This document shows, one piece after another, positions 1 to 13,000 of a stretch of DNA of 64,000 nucleotides (position 1 is its first letter; each line of letters begins with the position of its first letter). The stretch is taken from the NCBI RefSeq assembly GCF_003704095.1, contig NW_020847208.1, positions 310,001 through 374,000 on the forward strand, written 5' to 3'. Both the position numbers and the translations under genes were made by a program. The notes below the pieces were generated by a model that was not told the origin of the DNA, ran no database searches, and was given only the letters and a program-made list of their open reading frames with translations. The stretch is from Pocillopora damicornis. Taxonomy: Eukaryota.

Positions 1-102
1 AACTCATGAATAAGATTCTTTTGTACATTTCTTTGTGTTACACTCCATTTTATTCCTTTTATACTCATCATTTACCTCTCTAATCTACCTTTTCGTCTAC
101 AG

Positions 103-3100
103 CCCCAACAACTACAAACGGTGAGTAGTACCACTTGACTAGTTTTTTTGTTTGTTTGTTTGTTTGTTTGTGGTTCTGACATGCCTTAAAATAATGTTTT
201 GGTGATGATTAAGTTTGACATATCTCGAATAGAAAGTAACACTCTTATCTTCCCAAATGTAGCACCACAAGTGACAACTCAAGCCAAAACAACAAGTGGT
301 AAGCAACTGTGTTAATTTTGGATTTTCTGATTAAATTATGCTACTCCATAATATTAACTATGCATTATTTCATCTTCTGCAGCATCTCAAGTAACAACTA
401 CAAGTGGTACGTCAAATCTGTTAACTTTAATCCCGTTGCCTTTTCATCACTTCATTTCCTTAAATGCTTTCTGTTTTAATCTCATTTACGTTTAAACACG
501 CACTAACATCATAATCGTTATTATCATTATCATCATCCCTATTTTCCAATTTTGGTCGGGGTTGTTATCGTTTCCAATGTTCTTTTTTTATTCAGCACAA
601 AAAACTACAAATGGTGAATCAAATATATCAATTTTTGCTGCATTACCTCCCTACAGCACGTAGCTTTCTTATCATTATTATTCGCGCGTTTCTGCCTTTT
701 TCCTTTTTCGTAAAAAACATTTTTCTCTCTCCAAACACAGCACCTCAAGTCACAACACAAGTAACAACTACAGCTTGCATTTTGTCTTCTCATCATTTGC
801 CACGCATGTTTTACTCGGCTTAATTAAGTCCCGAGGCTATGTCACCTTATAAAGAACGAAACTGACGATAGTGACCCACATCAATGGCTGTCAATCTCTT
901 TATACGCATACGCATGCACCGCTTGAACAAAATCCTACAGAAAGTCATTTCAATCCAAGCAAACACATACGATAATGTTTTTCTTATTTATTCAGCACCC
1001 CAAGTCACAACTCAAGTTACAACAACAAGTGGTTTGTATGCCTCGTTTCTTTTGAGCTGGATTTAATCTTACTCGTGTTTTCAGACACAAAAACTGCTCT
1101 TGACTGTCAAATATGGTTCATTTTTGATTAACCTGTTCTCTTTCCAAACACAGCACCACAAGTGACAACTCAAGGAGCGAGTACAAGTGGTGTGTCTTAG
1201 TTTGACGTTTATTCGTTTTCTATAATCATCTGCATCACTCTAACATCTCCTGTGATATTGCCTATGTTCAAAAAACTCTATTTACCCTAAGGGAAGACAC
1301 GCCTGGGGAATGCAAGAAATTCATCGCCGAAATTATATTAGTTATTAAGAATTTCATACGCTGATCGCTGCAACTGGTTTTAATGTCTTGGAAGACTAAC
1401 ATATCTCTTTCGTTTCTGTTTTTTTTTTTGTTGTTATGTAGTTTTATTTTGCACGTTTTATTGTCATTTGACTTGAAAACATCGTTTTGAAAAAAAATTC
1501 CTCCGCCTTTCCATTCACAGCACCACAAGTGACAACTCCAGGAGCAACTTCAAGTGGTACGTTTAACAAAAACATTCATTTCTTCTCCTTCATAAGCTTT
1601 TTTTAGCTCTTTGTTTGAACAATGTTTATTCATCTCAAATCTCCATCTTTTTTTATGTATTCCTCCATTGCCAACAGCGTCTGGAGGAACAACTACAAAC
1701 GGTAAGTTTAAACTTTGCGGTACTTTAATTTGTAGGCACCTTACCTCAGACTGAAGTTTAGACACCGATTTTTGGATAGCTAACATTTGATTCATATGAT
1801 ATCATTTGCAATCTCTTTCAATTCTCTAGATTTTTCGTTAAATTCTCACAAAGCCATCTTAGAAATTCCTTTTCTTTAATCTTTTCTACAGCACCCTCCA
1901 CAGCCCCCGGAGTATCTACTACAAGCGGTACATGTATACTTTAGTTAGCTTTTATGATTGCATTGTCAGACAGTGCTCACAATTCTAACGTATAGTGAGA
2001 TGTTTAAAGAAATTTTTCTTCACCTTACCTCCACTATTTCATGGTGTACAGCCCCTGGAGTAACTACCACAAATGGTACGTTTGAACTTCCTCGCTCTTC
2101 AAATCGTCAATTCCTTTAAATTTAGGCAGTACGTATAACTCTATCGCTAGATAGCGATATTTAAGTAAAGGTTTTTTTCCCCTTCCTTTTCTCACCTATT
2201 TCATCTTCTACAGCTCCCGGACTAACATCTACAAGTGGTATGTTAAAACTTTCCACGACTTGAAATGTTGAATTTCTTTTGAGCTTAATCACGCAATGCA
2301 AACGATTCTTACGCTGTAACGCAATCCTAAAAAAAAAAAAAAAAAATTCCCTTTCTTTCCTTCTTCATCATCTGCAGGAATGAAAACAACGAGTGATGCA
2401 TTCAAACTTTCCAACATTTCAATTTGTCAATTCCATTTAAGCATACAATGCACACAGTAAGGATAACTAATATCTAACTTTTAACTTTTATATGTCCAAT
2501 TACAGCTCCTCAACCAACAACTCAAGGAGCTGGAACTGGTATGTCTGAATCTCTGATTTGATAAAATAAACACTGGTTTTTTTTTTTCACCATTATTTTC
2601 TTTAGTTTTTTGTTTATCTTTATGTTGACTGTGTGGTAAAGAGAGGTCCGGTTTCGAAATCTGGCCAAGTCTCTGTGTTGTGTTCTTGTGTAAAACAGTG
2701 TACTTTCTCTCCACCCAGGAGTATAAATGGGTACCAGCAAATTGTCAGGAAGGCTGCTGGGGGTGGGGGGTTAAGAGGGGGGTTAATCTTGAAATGGACT
2801 GCCATCCCTCCTAGGGGGGAGAAGTAATACTCCTAGTCGCTTCTTGCTATGGAGACGGAATAGGCTCAGCTTAGATGGGCCACTTGGCTCTAGTAGAGTC
2901 TTTACCTCGTGACCTTTACCTAACGTTGGCTGTAATTTATTTTCATGTGTGCTTGTCCTTTTTCAGCGCCAGCAACAACGGCCGGTAAGGGAGTATTTTC
3001 TTATCACCTTATTTTACATATACCCTTCGATCCATTCCTGCTCAGTCTGTGCTCACGTCATTTGAGTTTTTAACCTCACAAAATACACTTGGATGATGGA

Positions 3101-4751
3101 TTTGCCAAGTAAAACCTCTATGTCTCTTAACAGGACCACAAGTGACAACTCAAAAAGCATCTACAAGTGGTAAGTCTGAGATAAATTGATCTTGCTTTCT
3201 CTTCTAAATTAATTCAGTATCTAGATCTCTTGTTACAGGTTAAAGTCAACATAGAATAACCCATTTACTTTTTCTTGGGTGTTTCATCTTTCTTAGCCCC
3301 AGGAGCAACAACCACAAGTGGTAAGTTGAACCTTCATACTACGTTTGCAGCCCAAGCGCAAATTATCAGGACTTACACAACTAGTGTACTTGACAATAGC
3401 CAATAGCATGTGGGCTTTGAAGTTTCTTGTGCTTGCGTTTGTCCTGTGGTGTCGCTGGCCATGATTTAAATAATTAACATAGCACTAATGGGACTTGGTC
3501 GGCAATGTTGGAAAACCTGAGGTGTCTTACCGATACATGGGTCCAAATTAGATCTCATGATTAAGATGATGAAAGGCAGGAGATAGGGTAAAAATCTTCA
3601 AATAAAGGCAAAATCACGGGTGGAAACTTTTTGCCAACATATATGACGAAAATTTAAGCAACCAGTTTCCACTAGAATTTAACAGCGAAAAATTTATAGT
3701 TTAGTTTGAAAAGTGTTGCACCAAACTTAGTACCACCTTAAGTGCCATTCGGTATAATAGTAATAATAATAATAATAACAACAATAACAATAATAAAGAA
3801 ATGTATTTTTCATTCTTTAAATTTTGCTTTCATTTTGCTTTCAACAGCACCACAAGTAACGACCATAAGTGGTGAGCGAACTCACTTTTAATTGAAATAA
3901 TAAACTTTACGAAACATTTTTTCTAAATTTATCTTTTCTCGTCTTGTTCTTTCCAGCATCACAAGCTTCAACTACAAGCGGTAAGTCTTATTTTAACTTT
4001 GCTTAACTCCCAGTGTCAATGTTCTTCAATTTCATTTTACTGAAATGAACACTTTGTCTCATTTACAGCACCAAAGACAAAAACTACAAGTGGTATGTCT
4101 AAACCATCGTTGTTTCGATTAGTATCCAATAAAACACTTTTCCATTTTTGTTTGTTGATATTTATAAATTTAACAACCTATTGCTTCATTTATATCGATA
4201 TTTTTGGTGTCCAATCCTTATCTTTAGGGCCAGAAGCAACAACAACAAGCGGTATGTTTTTTTTCTTCTTTTTTTTTTTTAAATCAATACTGCTTTGATG
4301 TCTTCGAAACTAAAAAGTGAATTTGACTTTCTCGTGTCATTTCTCCACTTACAGCACCACAGTTAACAACTACAAGCGGTACGTGTATTCAAACTTTAAA
4401 AAAAGAAACTTTACTCCTAACAATAACATTCTTAAATCCACTTTCTAGTTATCATCATATGTAGTAACGACATTTCAGTGACTGTCATAAGAGTGTCAGA
4501 AATTGGCGAGCATTTGATGTGTCAGCAACCTCTGATGTTCTTTCTGTTTTTTTCTTTTTCCCTTGTGTTTTTGTTCTGTATTTCTTTTTCAATTCCTCGA
4601 TATCGAGTAAAATTTCCAGCTTCAGTTTTACCTTTGATTAACGGTTCATATAAGATAATATTTATAATATATTTATATCACTCATTCATATGTCAATCAT
4701 CTTCACTCTTGTCTTGTCATTACTTTTCAGCTCCTGAAGTTGCAAAAAGTG
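103..4751 (+). CDS. Array of 21 symmetric phase-1 micro-exons (18-36 nt) encoding a Thr/Ser/Pro mucin-like repeat
   Basis: AG/GT-flanked exons with polypyrimidine tracts at 103-120, 263-298, 383-406, 596-613, 996-1031, 1154-1189, 1521-1556, 1678-1701, 1892-1927, 2052-2075, 2214-2237, 2506-2538, 2967-2984, 3134-3169, 3297-3320, 3848-3871, 3957-3980, 4069-4092, 4228-4251, 4355-4378 and 4731-4751. All lengths are multiples of 3 and all end in G. Total 564 nt = 188 aa (e.g. APQVTTQVTTTS, APGATTTS). Confidence 0.9.
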
Positions 4752-7700
4752 GTAAATACGATAATGTTGGTCTTAAAATCATAAATAATTGACAAAACTC
4801 TCCCTAGATAATATTTAGATTAGATTCAGAAAACTAAAAAAAAAAGTTGCCATGAACAATTTTTTTTTCTGATCCTAGTGGTTTCTCACCTCTTTATCTT
4901 TATTCACAAGTTTCCGTCCAAAATAACGATCCATTTCACACACTTTTTTACCTAAGATATAAAACTATGAAACATGAATTTTTTTTTAGCTAAAAACCTG
5001 TTTGCGATTGAAAAAATTTTTCACTACACTCGGCTTACTTGAACATGCTTTATCAGAGCACAAATGGATGCTAAAGCCGTTTCACTATTAAGGGAAATCA
5101 TGGTTTATTTTGAAAATGAAATGTCAGCCTAATAAATGGGGAGATCAACGTTTTCCTTTTCTTTAAAGTTCCCTAAATTATCTTACATTTTCTTCACCCT
5201 CCAACCGTTTCTTGTTTCCTTTGCTACTAAAAAGAGTACAGTTTTTGCCCCATCATTTGGTAATATTACACATAAATTTTTCCATAAAAACGTCTCGAAT
5301 TCTGAAAACCTATTTTTAAAGTGAACTTATCAAAACAATGTTTAGCATGCTCACTCGTTGTCTTTTCCGGCAGGTGGCTGTGACTTAGCATTTTTGGTGG
5401 ATGCCTCGTCAAGCATGGATGTTACAAATTTCCGACGAGTGATAGATTTCGTCACTCGCATTTTCCGTTCATTTCCTCTCGGCGAAAGTATGCGATACGG
5501 ATTAGTTCTCTTCGGTGATAATGTAAAGGTACGTTGGTCAACTGGTCATTAGTATACCGTTCTTTATAATGGCTGCAGAAAATCAAGAGCAGTTATAGCA
5601 TAGGCGCCTTCTATTTCTATGCTTTGAAGATTGTAACTTGTTGGTTGGTGTGCGAAGGACCGGCCTCGCCGAATTTGTTCGGTTTGACTAAAATTCTCGC
5701 TTCTTTGGGAATATCTGCTATTTTATACATGGTTCATAAAGTAACTGAAACTTTATTGTAAATAAACCAAAGTGAATATTTCTTTAGGTTATCTTCCGAT
5801 TTGGACAATACACGTCAATGCCTCAGGTAGACACGGCTGCCGCCAATGCAAAGCAGATTGGTGGTGGCTGTAACTTGCGAGGCGGTTTGTCAGAGTGCAA
5901 TGCAGATCTATTCAAAGGAGACGCCGGTGGAAGGGCACGCATCCTTGTTGTGCTTGTGGCTGGAGAGTCAGAACACGACGTTTCCAGAGAAGCCAATTCC
6001 TTGAAGAGAGTCGGTGTCAAGATCATCGCTATTGGAATGGGTGGTTCATATGATCAATTCGATTTATCATCCATGGCAAATTCTCTGTCCTACATTCTTA
6101 CAATTGGGAAAGTCAGCGATATAAACAGCTTACAAGGAAGCTTGTCGACCCTTATTTTACAAGGTAATTGTTTCTCCAGTTTTCCTTTCCTTTTTCAATT
6201 TTTTTTCGTCTTTTTTTTTCATTTCTATTTGTTTGCTTCTTGGCTTTCTTCACTTTAAAGAGCATATAAAGGTTTTTTAGCCGCGCACATGGTCAGTTGA
6301 CAGGCTCTAAAAATTTTTAAGCGGTTCATTTCCAAATCTACTGTAACCATTTTGCTCCTTGTTCAATTTTCTGGTTATTTTGTTCTTTGTTGTTATATTG
6401 GATGCCTCTGGCGGTCCTCTAATTGACGCTTTCATTTGAATTAAAAACAACTTTCGGTGACCCAAAAGTATCTTGCCTTTAAATCACTTTGGTTGCTTGA
6501 TCATGCCTTTCGTTACATCTCCTTACCAATCCGAAACACTTTTCATCTAAGAATTGATGAATTCAAATTCAATTTCTTTCAGCCGAGCAAGAAGTAACCA
6601 CCTCAGGGCGTGGTGGTGAGTATATGCGCGTATTTTAGAAGGACAATGTAGCGATAATAATCAATTTATTGTTTTCAGAGTAACACGTTTGGTTTTTTTT
6701 GACTCCCTTCTATATTCCTTCTTGTGTTTTCCCTTTTTTGGGGTAATTTCCCACAGAACCTAGAGTTTTTTTTAAAGTTAATTTTGTTAGGTTTGTTAAT
6801 GTTCATATATCAATTGTATTTTATTTTGTTAATTTTCAATCAGTTTATGTCACAGTGGCCTGAACTGAGGTGTAATCATCGTATTCCCCTTTGGCCATGT
6901 CAACATGTGGCGTCGATCTCAAGTTACTCTTTCTCGTCGCTTTTTATATGAAAGATACGGTTTCTAAACAAGGAAAATTACAAAATAAATGAAGTTCGTC
7001 TAACGACTACTATGTTTTTCTAAGGTCGCTGTGATCTTGCCTTTATGGTAGATGCATCATCAAATATTAACGGAAAAGGCAACTTTCAACTAGTAAAGAA
7101 TTTCGTCAGTAACATGCTCAACTCATTTTCTCTCGGTGGCGATGTGCGATATGGATTAATAGTCTTCAGCGACAAAGTTGAGGTGAACTTATGACTACGC
7201 TTATCAGAAATTCAAATTTTCATCTCACTTCACATTTTTTTACATTCCATATTTGCTTTGCTCAGAAGTATTTCCTTGACTTTTTCCAAATAAACTCCCA
7301 TATCTTGTATTATAAACATTAGATAAAGAAGATTTTAACTTTGATAATTTGTTCGAGAGCTACCCTAACCCTAAACCCTAACTCCAATGACTCGAATCTT
7401 TGAAGGAAGTCGAAAAGAACTAATTAAATTTAATCAAAGGGAACAGAGAGTTTGCATAAAATGTAACGAAAAGGTGAGACAATCTCGTATTGTGATAGTA
7501 AATGTAAAGAAAAACTGAGGAAATAAAAAAAGCGAGTCATTTACCTTGGGAATAACAAAGGCTCTGGTGGAGGTTCAAAGATAATTTAGATTAACCATTC
7601 TGCATAACCACACCACTGCACCATCAAATATAAGCAAATAATTTTTTGAGGGACGACAAAAGAAGGCTGAGTGTACCAAGTGTCAACAAGCTTAATATTA

Positions 7701-10053
7701 TTCTAATTCTTTCAGGTCGTGTTTGGCTTCAATCAGTTTACCTCTATGTTCGAAGTTAATCTGGCAGTGAGCGAGACCCAACTGATCGGTGGAGCTTGTA
7801 ACGCTGGTGCGGCACTCACACGCTGCAAGACAACACTGTTTCCGACTACCACAGCCAAAGGAGTTGAACGTGTTTTAGTTGTGCTTCTTGCTGGAAAATC
7901 CTCAGATGACGTCTTACCACCCACCGAGTCTTTAATAAATGCTGGTGTGAAGATAATCACAGTTGGAATGGGTTTATTTATCGATAGGTCACAGCTTTCG
8001 GAGATTGCATACTCTCAGTCGTATGTTCTAACTACTGACCTGATCGCTGGTTTACCAAGCATTAGCGGGAGCTTGGCTACGTTGATTTCCCAAGGTTCGT
8101 TTTTCTTCACACATTTTAACTGTTTTAGAACACGTAAGAACTTCACTTTTGTCAATTGGCTGAATATCGTCTCAGTGCCACGAGGGTCCTTTGTTGGAGC
8201 TGCATTTCTATAATCATCTGCCAGATAATTTTGTGCAAATATAATTTAAATTAGCTACACATTTTTTTTTTAAGTCCAACGATGAACTTTTTCCGTCAAT
8301 AACAGACAAATTTTGAACGATGATTCGCTGCTGGTGTGTTTATCTCAAAAAAAGGCAAGGACTTTGAGTACTAATCTAGTAATTTCTTCTTTCCTACAGC
8401 TGGTGGTATCACCTTCAGTGGAAATTCAGGGGCAACAGACAGTTAGTCCTTATTTCAATTACTTCTCAAATACTGATTCAAACTTTTTTCCATAGATAAT
8501 TAACGCTACTGATTGATCGAAAAAACCCGCGATGATATTTAACATGAAGTTTCACGAAGGAAGCCCATTAGCTGGCTCTTATTTCTTATAAGTTTTTCGA
8601 ATGTTTCATGTTTCGAATTTTTATTATCTATTTGCTTTTTTTTTCTGTTGTCTTTGTGTTCGCTCGCCGTCTGCTTTGATTTTTTTAACCAGCTCGAACG
8701 TGGCTTTCGTATACAGTCATTTCCTAAACACTTATCATACAACCATATGAAGCAATCATGTCCAAAAGGTGAACGAACGGCATAAAACTTTTATCAACAG
8801 CGCAGTTGAGGGGCAGAGAGGATCTAATCCCCTCTTTGATGGTTTAAATAAAATAATCCCCATTCCTGGAAACCGATGCATGCAGTCAGCATAAATGTAT
8901 TTTACAAATCACTTTTTGCTGACCAATATTTCTAAAGGTTGCTTCTCGTAATGTGCTGTTGATGTATTTGGACACCAGAGCTTCTTTTTTTTTCTAATTT
9001 GCTTCTTTTCTTTTCGTCTAGTAATCCTTGACCTGGGATTTATGATAGATGGATCCTCCGCCGTGGGAAGTGAGCAGAACTTCAAACAAATTATTAAGTT
9101 TGTTAGCGCTGTAATCCATGCCTTCCCACTTGGCCATTACAAAACTCGTGTTGGGCTGGTCGTGTGCTCCTCCGAAGATTTAGTAGTCTTCAACTTTTAC
9201 ACATACTTTGACATGTTTAGCATAGATCAGGCGTTGTCTTCAGTGAAATACCCCGGGACAAACTCGGCTGGGAAGCAGCTACTCTATCTCGGACGTGGCT
9301 TGGAGGTCTCCAAGCATTTCTTATTTGACAGCTCGTGGAGGAACCATGTCCCACGGCTGCTTATTATGGTGGTTGCAGGCAACTCCGCTGACAGCGTTGC
9401 TACCCCATCGATGGAGATCAGATCTTATGGAGTAGAAATCTTCTGTATTGGAGTAGGGAGTGTATCTAGTAATTGGCAACTCAATGCCATGGCCAGTTAC
9501 CCCTATAATGCGCATGTCTTCAAGAGTAGCTACGAACAAATGGGAAAGATTGCAGAACTACTTGTTACCAACATTTTGAGAGGTAAAAAGGAAATTTTGT
9601 CGATTCGATTTCCATTTCATTACACGCAAAGGGCCATACCGTCCTATATAACTTTGTTCAACCATAAACAACTTTTTGTTTTCATTTTCCTTCGAATTCT
9701 TTCCAGGTATTTTCAGGAATTATTGTCGCCCTTGTTATTGCGGTAAGTCGACAAGTCTATTTATCACGGTTTGGCTTAGTTCACGGTGCTTTATTAATTA
9801 CGTAAACAAATTTTGTAACTTTTCAACCAGTCATACTAACTAGAATGACCATTGCATTAAAGGTTATCGGGATTACTGTGGATACTGTCCCAGCTATTTA
9901 CGAAAGAAGAGAAGCGCAATCATTTCAACAGAAAACAAGTACGACTGCTCACGTCATTTCATTATTCATCCCCTGCCACGTCGTTATCATCATCGACCAC
10001 GCGATGTCCACTATAGTCGCCTCATCGGCGGACGTCGACACCAGACGGGTTGA
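103..10053 (+). CDS. Gene 1: 5'-truncated multi-exon gene for a mucin-stalk + 3xVWA protein with Cys/His-rich tail, presumably secreted
   Basis: After the micro-exon array (103-4751) the GT-AG exons are 5374-5528 and 5788-6163 (VWA1, CDLAFLVDASSS), 6583-6615 (AEQEVTTSGRG), 7025-7182 and 7716-8094 (VWA2, CDLAFMVDASSN), 8400-8441 (AGGITFSGNSGATD), 9022-9582 (VWA3, DLGFMIDGSSA), 9707-9742 (GIFRNYCRPCYC) and 9863-10053 (GYRDYCGYCPSYLRKKRSA...PRRYHHRPRDVHYSR...TG*, TGA 10051-10053). Phases join in frame. The start codon lies upstream of the window. Confidence 0.88.
741..777 (+). pseudogene. Degenerate micro-exon copy with no in-phase GT donor
   Basis: Acceptor 'ccaaacacag' precedes CA CCT CAA GTC ACA ACA CAA GTA ACA ACT ACA (APQVTTQVTTT), but 'gcttgcat' follows instead of AGT G|gt. 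Confidence 0.65.
2378..2395 (+). pseudogene. Degenerate micro-exon copy, donor GT>AT
   Basis: 'tctgcag|GA ATG AAA ACA ACG AGT G|atgca': an 18-nt GMKTTS unit followed by AT, not GT. Confidence 0.6.
2640..2920 (+). mobile_element. tRNA-derived SINE, cnidarian Nin/Deu-like family
   Basis: Recognised motifs 'tgtgttgtgttcttg', 'ctctccacccaggagtataaatgggtacc', 'atactcctagtcgcttc', 'gatgggccacttggctc' and a 'tttacc' tail. Family assignment is from recall, not a database search. Confidence 0.7.
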
Positions 10054-13000
10054 TCAATGATCTTTCAGGGGGGAGGGTGGACACGAGGAAAAAAACTAAG
10101 ATAAATGGCTTTTTTCAGTATATTCTTAATTTGTTCCCGGAATATCGAATCAAATCGATATCTTATAAAAACAATATCGAATCTTATAAAAACAAAAGCG
10201 ACAGAGCTAAAAACTAGAAAAGAGAACTTTTTTGGGGGAACGCTCCTAGGCTTTTCGAACATTTCCCGAACGTTGCTTATAATTAAAAGAATATGTTTGA
10301 AAGGCTTTCTTGTAACAAATGCAAAAATACAGGAGACACACTGCTCTAAGTTTCTCTGTGCAATCGCGATATAAAAAGCGAAGATTTTTTAGGTTCAAAT
10401 ATTATCGGACTGGGCAGTGCTGCCTATTTCAAAGCTCTTTTGTTTTTTCTTCCTTCTTGGCTTGAGATTCGTTTGGTTTATTAAATAAGGGATTTTCTAT
10501 AGATACGGTTTAATAGATCTCTTTCCCTCAACGTAAATGGGAAATTAAATGTCTTCTTATCTCTGTTGAAGTTAATTCTGAATAAGAAATAAAGACTTAA
10601 ATTTTGACGTGATCAGCATCCGTTTTTATGCTCCTACATATAACTTTTCTTACCCTCGTCTTACTAAAGGTATTGGGGGACCATCTAGGTAAATCTAGAT
10701 TGCAAAAAAATCTAAATTAAATAGATAAGTTTAAAAATTGTTACCCTCTAAATTTATAACATAGAAGTCTCAGCCTGAAATCCTTGAATCCGTGACTAGT
10801 TTAGGTTGGTTTCTAAATTTCTCGCAATTTTCCTCGGGATTACCTCTCTCCAGCTGGTTGATTAATAGTTTTTCACCTGATACGAACATCTGTACTATGA
10901 AAGTCGTCCTCCATCGCCTCCCTCTCTCCGTTCCACATGACACTTATGTCTGATTGATGATGAGCTGGAACTCAACATACAAGTTTAGCTAGCTACGAAA
11001 TGATGTAATTGAGGAATACCCTGAAACTTTTTTAGATTTTGAAAGTCATGTATATAGTTTCAATACTCAACCTGGCATTGTAAATCTTTTTCCTTTGGAT
11101 GTTAACACAGACCCGGTCCTAAAGTGGTGCACGTATAGCGTGGTTATTTCCCAAAGCATGGTGAATTTAGTATAACAATCATTCCATTCACGCTAGTTGG
11201 ATATGCGATAATGGCTATCGGCAAATCGGTGCTCTACTATCTAATGTCCACTGCGCGCTCATAGAATAAGTGATGAAACTTCTTTCATCTACAGTTCTTT
11301 TGCGACTTCTTTCATTTCTGGAGATCACAGGATTATCTAGGCAAAATCAATCCTGTAAGGTTATTATTATTTTTAATATTTTATTTATTTATTTTACGTG
11401 TACTTACCATGTGTATGCTTTCCTTTCGAACAATGTAATAAATGCATCCGCTAAGTTTATATCACATTTTACATCAATTTTCAAAATTCAAGACTAAAAC
11501 AAATCTTAACTTGGTCATTGGTATTTTTCCGGCGCTTAAGGCTGTTTCACTCTGAATTCTTTGCAATAGTTCTTTTGCTTTAATTGGTTGTTGTGATTAC
11601 ATGTACTTTGGTTTTGTTATCTGATACTCAATCAGATGCGCTCTTTGAGCGATAAAGTCGATCTCTCGGGCCAGCCAACAGGCAAGTAGATAGACAAACA
11701 AACAAACAAACGGACAAATATGGAGGTTCCTCGTATTAAACCATTATTCCACAAAGGGTGAGCAACAAAGCCCTTGAACTTTATGCAGCGCCTGATCACA
11801 CTGTTAGTCACTACAATTGAGTATAAGAAGCGGTAGACTGGCTAACGAAAAGGTAATTAATTATTGCTGAGTCTGGGATGAACGCGCAGCTTGAATAATG
11901 TTGACGCCGTTCGTCCTTCAAAATACTTGACGAAAGTGAAATCCTATTTAACCCTTCTACCCGGATAGAAACCAGCGCTACGAGACAAGCCTGAAGAGAG
12001 AATTTGATGGCAAAATTGGAAACATTTTCTTAATATACGGACTCAATTTCAAACAGTTATTTCCTTAATAATTTTCGTCGAACTGATTTGAAAGTGTTTT
12101 CACCAGTGAGCCCTTTGAAAGTTCCTTGTCCTCTCATGGGAACAGCAATTTTTTTAGCTACATGACAGTTATCTAATCATAGCCAAAAGTGATATTCGTT
12201 CAAAGAAATAAACCTCTTATATACTTCATAATTGCAATTTGTAAAAATGACCGAGCAGAAGTAGTCAGTACCAGTTCGCCAGGTGACCGTCTATGACAAT
12301 GGAGACCGCTTTGTAATTAACAATTAGTACTGGCCGTCCGTAGCAGATTGAGGAGAGAACGAAACCACCGTAAAACTATTGAAATCATTTATGAGGAAAT
12401 GAATCCTATTCAGTACCGGGTAACATCTATTACATTACTCCCTCGAAAAGGATGTCTTGATGAAAATGCGTTATGTCTTTCAGATACGATGAGATTTCAG
12501 TATCGGATACCAAAATCAATTCTGCCAGCGACTCTGAGCTTGGCCGAGCGCACCTGTTGGTCCGCCAACTTTTCTACGGTGATCGTTTGTGAATATAACA
12601 TGGCATCTTAAACTTCGAGATGTTATATCGTGGAAGTGGAAGCTTGTTTACTTAGGATATGCAAACGAATGTGATTTGAAAATGCAAAGAGGTTGGAAAA
12701 CAAGGGTCGACAGAGAATTCACACATTTCTTAATCGAGCTGTCATTTTTATCATTATCTCATCATTTCCTGAAATAGCATACAATTGAACCAGTCACAAT
12801 CCAATAAAAAGTGAAGATCCGTCATCGAAATTAGATCCATTGCAATGAAGTTCCTGTATAAGAAACTATCTAAAAGAAATATAATTTAAAGTTGAGTTTT
12901 TTCTGCTATGTAATAAGAAACTCACCGCATCAAAGATAACAAAATCATGAATTGCCTTTTATTGTCAAAGGAATCTTAAATTAAGCTAATTTTATTAAAT

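Noticed and set aside
103-4751. CRISPR-like repeat-spacer array
   Set aside because: The repeats vary in a codon-wise way, are bounded by AG/GT, have irregular 85-530 nt spacing and lie in eukaryotic DNA with no cas genes. They are exons.
7361-7384. Interstitial telomere-like (CCCTAA) repeats
   Set aside because: Only about 3 imperfect units; not meaningful.
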